Shown here: positions 37,198 through 41,324 of the stretch, piece by piece
Layout: each line of letters opens with the position of its first letter
How positions within the stretch are numbered: position 1 is the first letter of the stretch
IMG/VR virus record: IMGVR_UViG_3300035135_002740
Span: 1-41,324 of that record
DNA: 41,324 bases
Direction: 5' to 3' (one strand)
DNA from: a virus
Taxonomy: Duplodnaviria > Caudoviricetes
Position numbers and translations under genes: made by a program
Notes under the pieces: model-generated
Database searches by the model: none
What the model saw: the letters and a program-made list of their open reading frames with translations, nothing else
Told to the model about the DNA's origin: nothing

Positions 37198-37214
37198 ATA
37201 CCTAAAAACCCGAA

Positions 37215-40200
37215 ATGGCTAATAAAGATTTTGGTGTAAAGAAAATTAATCTTACTGGGGCTTCTGGAACTCCAACCATTTCTAGTCCCAATAATTTAAA
37301 TCTAAACGCCACAACTGTTGCTATTAGTACAGATGTTTCGGTTGGTGGTGAAGTAGTATCGGATGTTATAGTTTCTTCTCCATATAGTGTTGGTATAGGA
37401 AGTACAATTCCAACAACTAAATTAGATGTATCTGGTGATTCAAAATTTTCTGGTGTAATAACCGCTGATGGATTAGTTGTTACTGGAGTTTCTACATTTC
37501 AAACAAATATTGGTGGAACACTTAATCCAGATAGATTAGTTGTAAGTGGTGTTTCAACATTTCAAGATGATATCAATTTAGGAAATAACGATAAAATTAA
37601 ACTTGGTGGATCAGATGATCTTCAAATTTATAACGACGGATTTGATTCATATATTGTAGATGCTGGCGTTGGCGATCTTCATATCAGAGGAACTTCAGCA
37701 ATTAAATTTGAAAATGCTGTAGGATTAGAAACGTATGCTAAATTTAATGTTGATGGAGCAACAGAATTATATTATGATAATGTAAAGAAATTTGAGACAA
37801 CATCTGATGGTATAAAGATTGGTGAAATTGGAATCAGTACAGTTGGTGTAATTACTGGTCCATCAGAACTTATTATTGATCCCGCTGGAGTTGGAGATAA
37901 TACTGGATCAGTAAGAATTAAAGGCGACTTATTTGTTGATGGCGAGCAGTTTATTGTTGACTCATCTAGGATTGAACTTGCGGACTTTAATGTTGGAATT
38001 GCTTCCACTGTTTCATCTAATTCTCTGCTTGATGGTGCTGGTATTGGTATTGGTGATACTTCAATAAGAAAAACATTAACCTTTAATGATAGTAGTGATA
38101 GTTTAAAATCAAGTGAAAACTTTGATATTGCTGATGGTAAATCATATAAAATTAATGGAACAAATATATTAACGTCTGTTCAATTAACTATTCCAAATCT
38201 TAGTGTTTCTGGAATAGGAACAATTGAAACTCTTGATGTTGCAACTGGAACTATTGATACATTAACTTCTACTTCATTAAATGCAACCAATTTGGTAGTA
38301 TCTGGATTATCAACTTTTACAGGTATTGGAACTTTTGAAAATGATTTATATGTTGGTGGTCAATTACATGCACCTTCTCTAAATGTTCAGGGCGGAGTTT
38401 CTTTAGGACAAGATCTCTCAACTAGAAATTTAACAGCATCTGGATTTTCTGAGTTCACTGGTATTGCTACATTTAATGGTGGTATAGATGGTGATCTCAA
38501 TGCACTTGGTAAGACTTACTATGTTGCAACAACTGGTAACAATTCAGATGCTGGTGATAATATAAATCAACCTTTCCTTACTGTTGCACAAGCACTGAGT
38601 GTTGCTACGAATGGTGATATTATCAATATTTCTGCTGGTACTTACGAAGAAACTTGTCCTCTTACTATTCCTAGAGGTGTAACAGTTAAGGGTGCTGGAC
38701 TTAGAGCAACAACAATTAGACCAACAACTGCAACACAGCAAGAAAATATCTTCTTATTAAATGATATTTCTACCATTGAGGATCTTACAATCAAAGGATC
38801 CTACTACGATTCTACTGCTGATACAGGTTATGCATTCTCATATGCAACTGGTATTGCTATTACAACTAGATCGCCATATGTTCAGAGAATAACCGTACTC
38901 AACACTGGATCTTCTGTTACTGCAGATGACCCATATGGTTATGATACTGTAGACTCACCCCCAACTAGTTACATTGCTGGTCGTGGTGCATTAATTGATG
39001 GATCTAAAGTTACTTCCGACTCTTTGGAAGCAGGAATGTTGTTCAATGAAGTAACATTCTTTACTCCAAACAATAGAGGTATTGTTCTTACTAATGGTGC
39101 TCGTGCAGAATATCTAAACTGTTTTCACTATTTTGCATCACAAGCTATTGTTGGTTTAGCAGGAACTGTTGGTATTGCTGGAACTGCGGACGCTAGACTT
39201 AAGTTTACTAATCCTGGTGTTACTCCATCAGTTAATGACGTTGTTAAATTACGTGAGGGTGGAACTGTAGTTGCCGTTGGTACAATTACAGAATATAGTA
39301 ATCCATATGCTAAGATTGACGGTCCTGGTTTTGGTAAGTTTGTTGTTGCTGGTGCAGGAACTACACAAGACTTAAACTTCTATCAGTCTGATGGGACGAC
39401 ACATACTGGTATAGCAAGTGCTATTGCCCTGGCTGACTATACTATGTTCGGTGCTGAGATGCGCTCTGTTGGTTGTGCTGTTGAATATGGATCTCAAGGT
39501 GTAGTTGCTGATGGTAATGGCGTTAAGTTGAGATTATTTGCGACAAACTTTAATCATGTTGGGTCTGGTAAAGATATGACCAATGACGCAACTTTAACCA
39601 TTCAGGCAAATGAAGTGGTTGAAACAAATGATGGTCAAGTATCATATGTAAGTATTGACCAGGCTGGTGATTTTAGGGTTGGTGATGCCTTTGTCGTAAG
39701 TCAAGAAACTGGTAATGTTTCTTTTGCAGCAACCACTTACAACTTAGAGACGACTGGAGAACTAACAGTTACTGATGGTGGATCAAACGAATCTGTTATA
39801 ACTCCAACAAGTTTGACGGTTGGGAATATTCAAATTGCTGCAAATACATTATCCTCCACGTCTGGTGATATTAATATTGATCCTGCAGGTTCAAATGAAA
39901 CAAATGTTACTGGAAACTTAAACGTTACTGGTATACTTACCGCATCAGTTCTTCAAGTTGCTGCAGTTCAAAAAGGTGACTCTTCAATTGCGATTGATGA
40001 TACTGGATCTGATGGAACAATACGTTTGAATACTGATGGGACTGAGGGTGTTAGAGTTACAAATGATCAAAAGGTTGGTATTAATTCTTCCTCACCAGCG
40101 TATAGATTGGATGTTCAAGGAGATATAAATACCTCTACGGATGTAAAAATTAATGGAACTAGCGTTCTTACAAGTGCAAGTGATGAAGCAATCGCCCTCG

Positions 40201-40217
40201 CAATCGCATTAGGATAG
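37215..40217 (+). CDS. Large virion fibre/structural protein (1000 aa)
   Basis: ATAAATA at 37194-37200; GVSTF/GIGT repeats; YYVATTG..GTYEE..GAGLR..SPYV domain paralogous to ORF 32637. Confidence 0.75.
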   Translation: MANKDFGVKKINLTGASGTPTISSPNNLNLNATTVAISTDVSVGGEVVSDVIVSSPYSVGIGSTIPTTKLDVSGDSKFSGVITADGLVVTGVSTFQTNIGGTLNPDRLVVSGVSTFQDDINLGNNDKIKLGGSDDLQIYNDGFDSYIVDAGVGDLHIRGTSAIKFENAVGLETYAKFNVDGATELYYDNVKKFETTSDGIKIGEIGISTVGVITGPSELIIDPAGVGDNTGSVRIKGDLFVDGEQFIVDSSRIELADFNVGIASTVSSNSLLDGAGIGIGDTSIRKTLTFNDSSDSLKSSENFDIADGKSYKINGTNILTSVQLTIPNLSVSGIGTIETLDVATGTIDTLTSTSLNATNLVVSGLSTFTGIGTFENDLYVGGQLHAPSLNVQGGVSLGQDLSTRNLTASGFSEFTGIATFNGGIDGDLNALGKTYYVATTGNNSDAGDNINQPFLTVAQALSVATNGDIINISAGTYEETCPLTIPRGVTVKGAGLRATTIRPTTATQQENIFLLNDISTIEDLTIKGSYYDSTADTGYAFSYATGIAITTRSPYVQRITVLNTGSSVTADDPYGYDTVDSPPTSYIAGRGALIDGSKVTSDSLEAGMLFNEVTFFTPNNRGIVLTNGARAEYLNCFHYFASQAIVGLAGTVGIAGTADARLKFTNPGVTPSVNDVVKLREGGTVVAVGTITEYSNPYAKIDGPGFGKFVVAGAGTTQDLNFYQSDGTTHTGIASAIALADYTMFGAEMRSVGCAVEYGSQGVVADGNGVKLRLFATNFNHVGSGKDMTNDATLTIQANEVVETNDGQVSYVSIDQAGDFRVGDAFVVSQETGNVSFAATTYNLETTGELTVTDGGSNESVITPTSLTVGNIQIAANTLSSTSGDINIDPAGSNETNVTGNLNVTGILTASVLQVAAVQKGDSSIAIDDTGSDGTIRLNTDGTEGVRVTNDQKVGINSSSPAYRLDVQGDINTSTDVKINGTSVLTSASDEAIALAIALG

Positions 40218-40223
40218 TAAAAT

Positions 40224-40553
40224 ATGGCTAACGCATTTAAAAGTTATACAAAGGCATCAATTGGTATTACAACTACCGATGTTTATACTGTTCCTGGAGC
40301 AACAACTTCTACTGTGATTGGATTTGCATTAGCAAATAAAACAGGTAGCGGTACAGTTTATGCTAACGTTCTTGTGGATAAAAGCACTGGGGACGATATT
40401 TATCTTATTAGAAATGCTGCATTATATGACGGTTCTGGATTTGAATTTAATGGTGGTAATAAAATATGCTTAGAAACTGGAGATAAAATACAAGCTTCTT
40501 CTGATACGGAAAGTAGCGTAGATATTATTGTTAGTGTACTAGAGCAAACCTGA
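40224..40553 (+). CDS. Small virion-associated protein (paralog of 34510)
   Basis: 109 aa; VYTVP, KICLETGDKI, SVLE. Confidence 0.7.
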   Translation: MANAFKSYTKASIGITTTDVYTVPGATTSTVIGFALANKTGSGTVYANVLVDKSTGDDIYLIRNAALYDGSGFEFNGGNKICLETGDKIQASSDTESSVDIIVSVLEQT

Positions 40554-40565
40554 GGATAAACTGAG

Positions 40566-41324
40566 ATGGGATATAACGGAAAAAAACCAGTAAGGTTAGA
40601 AGTTGAAGTATATGATTCTCGTGGTAATGCTGGTGCTGCTAGCTCTATATTAGTTTCCACTGGTGCTGGAGTTAGTTGGACAGCACCTTATGATGCTGGA
40701 CTTCAGGGCATTCAGGGATTGCAAGGTCCTCAAGGTACTCAAGGCACACAAGGTCTTCAGGGTTTACAAGGTATACAAGGACTTCAAGGATCTCAGGGTA
40801 CTCAGGGTTCTCAAGGAACAACTGGAACTCAGGGTTTTTATGGTACTCAAGGTCTTACTGGATTAACTGGTGCAGACTCGACAGTTGCTGGTCCTCAGGG
40901 AACAGTTGGTTTTCAAGGTGTTCAAGGTCCACAAGGAACTCAAGGCACTCAAGGTGCTCAAGGTACTCAGGGATCTCAAGGTACTCAAGGTACTCAAGGT
41001 ACTCAGGGATCTCAGGGAATTATTGGATCTCAACCCATTGCACAGACATATACTATAACTGTTGCAGGTGGAGTATTTTATATTGATGGTGTACAGCAAG
41101 ATACTTTATATCTTTTAAGGGGTCAGAAATACGTTTTTGATCAGTCTGATTCCTCCAATTCATCTCATCCATTTTATTTCTCTACAACTAGTGATGGCAC
41201 TCATAACAGTGGTACTCAGTATACAGATGGTTGGACTTACACTGGATCTGCTGGCACTGATGGTGAAGGTATACTTATAGTACCTTATGATGCTCCTGAT
41301 ACATTATATTATTATTGTGGAAAT
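40566..41324 (+). CDS. Collagen-like fibre protein (partial, runs off the window)
   Basis: ATG 40566, frame open to the window end; G-X-Q triplets, then an LLRGQKYVFDQSD..HPF..LYYYC domain. Confidence 0.85.
   Translation, partial: MGYNGKKPVRLEVEVYDSRGNAGAASSILVSTGAGVSWTAPYDAGLQGIQGLQGPQGTQGTQGLQGLQGIQGLQGSQGTQGSQGTTGTQGFYGTQGLTGLTGADSTVAGPQGTVGFQGVQGPQGTQGTQGAQGTQGSQGTQGTQGTQGSQGIIGSQPIAQTYTITVAGGVFYIDGVQQDTLYLLRGQKYVFDQSDSSNSSHPFYFSTTSDGTHNSGTQYTDGWTYTGSAGTDGEGILIVPYDAPDTLYYYCGN
40698..41033 (+). repeat. Collagen-type 9-nt repeat (Gly-X-Gln/Thr)
   Basis: ggtactcaa-like units, about 35 triplets with one interruption (GADSTVAG). Confidence 0.9.

Noticed and set aside
40663-41099. Short ORFs with LKVLKV or LSTLST repeats
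   Set aside because: Off-frame and antisense readings of the collagen repeat.
1-41324. Host cyanobacterial chromosome or prophage
   Set aside because: AT-rich, co-oriented dense genes, T4 late promoters, phage-type talC and psbA, fibre genes, no psbC after psbD, no opcA after zwf and no integrase all point to a lytic myovirus genome.

Overview
41 kb AT-rich segment of a T4-like marine cyanomyovirus, most likely infecting Synechococcus (gnd, zwf, psbA, psbD, petF and talC are all present). Every gene is on the + strand except one. From 5' to 3': (1) pentose-phosphate genes gnd and zwf with an unannotated 42-aa NdhP-like ORF between them; (2) tRNA-Pro(UGG), a pseudoknot-forming RNA just upstream of it, and a manA/wcaG-type tandem-pseudoknot RNA; (3) a ~14 kb glycan island with a carbamoyltransferase, a mannose-6-phosphate isomerase cupin, gmd, an fcl/colC-like reductase, a ColD-like dehydratase and about 11 glycosyltransferase-like genes, four of them from fucosyltransferase families; (4) hli/petF/thioredoxin cluster; (5) a late-promoter cassette including a circularly permuted MAM-domain protein; (6) psbA with a PhotoRC-II-type leader, psbD, talC and a sulfotransferase-like gene; (7) late virion/fibre genes with an S74-chaperone fibre, an HNH endonuclease, a subtilisin-like protease and a collagen-like protein running off the window. 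The best candidate for an undescribed system is a phage GDP-colitose/fucose glycan synthesis-and-decoration pathway; the two pseudoknot RNAs come next. All family calls are from motif recognition by eye, with no database searches.
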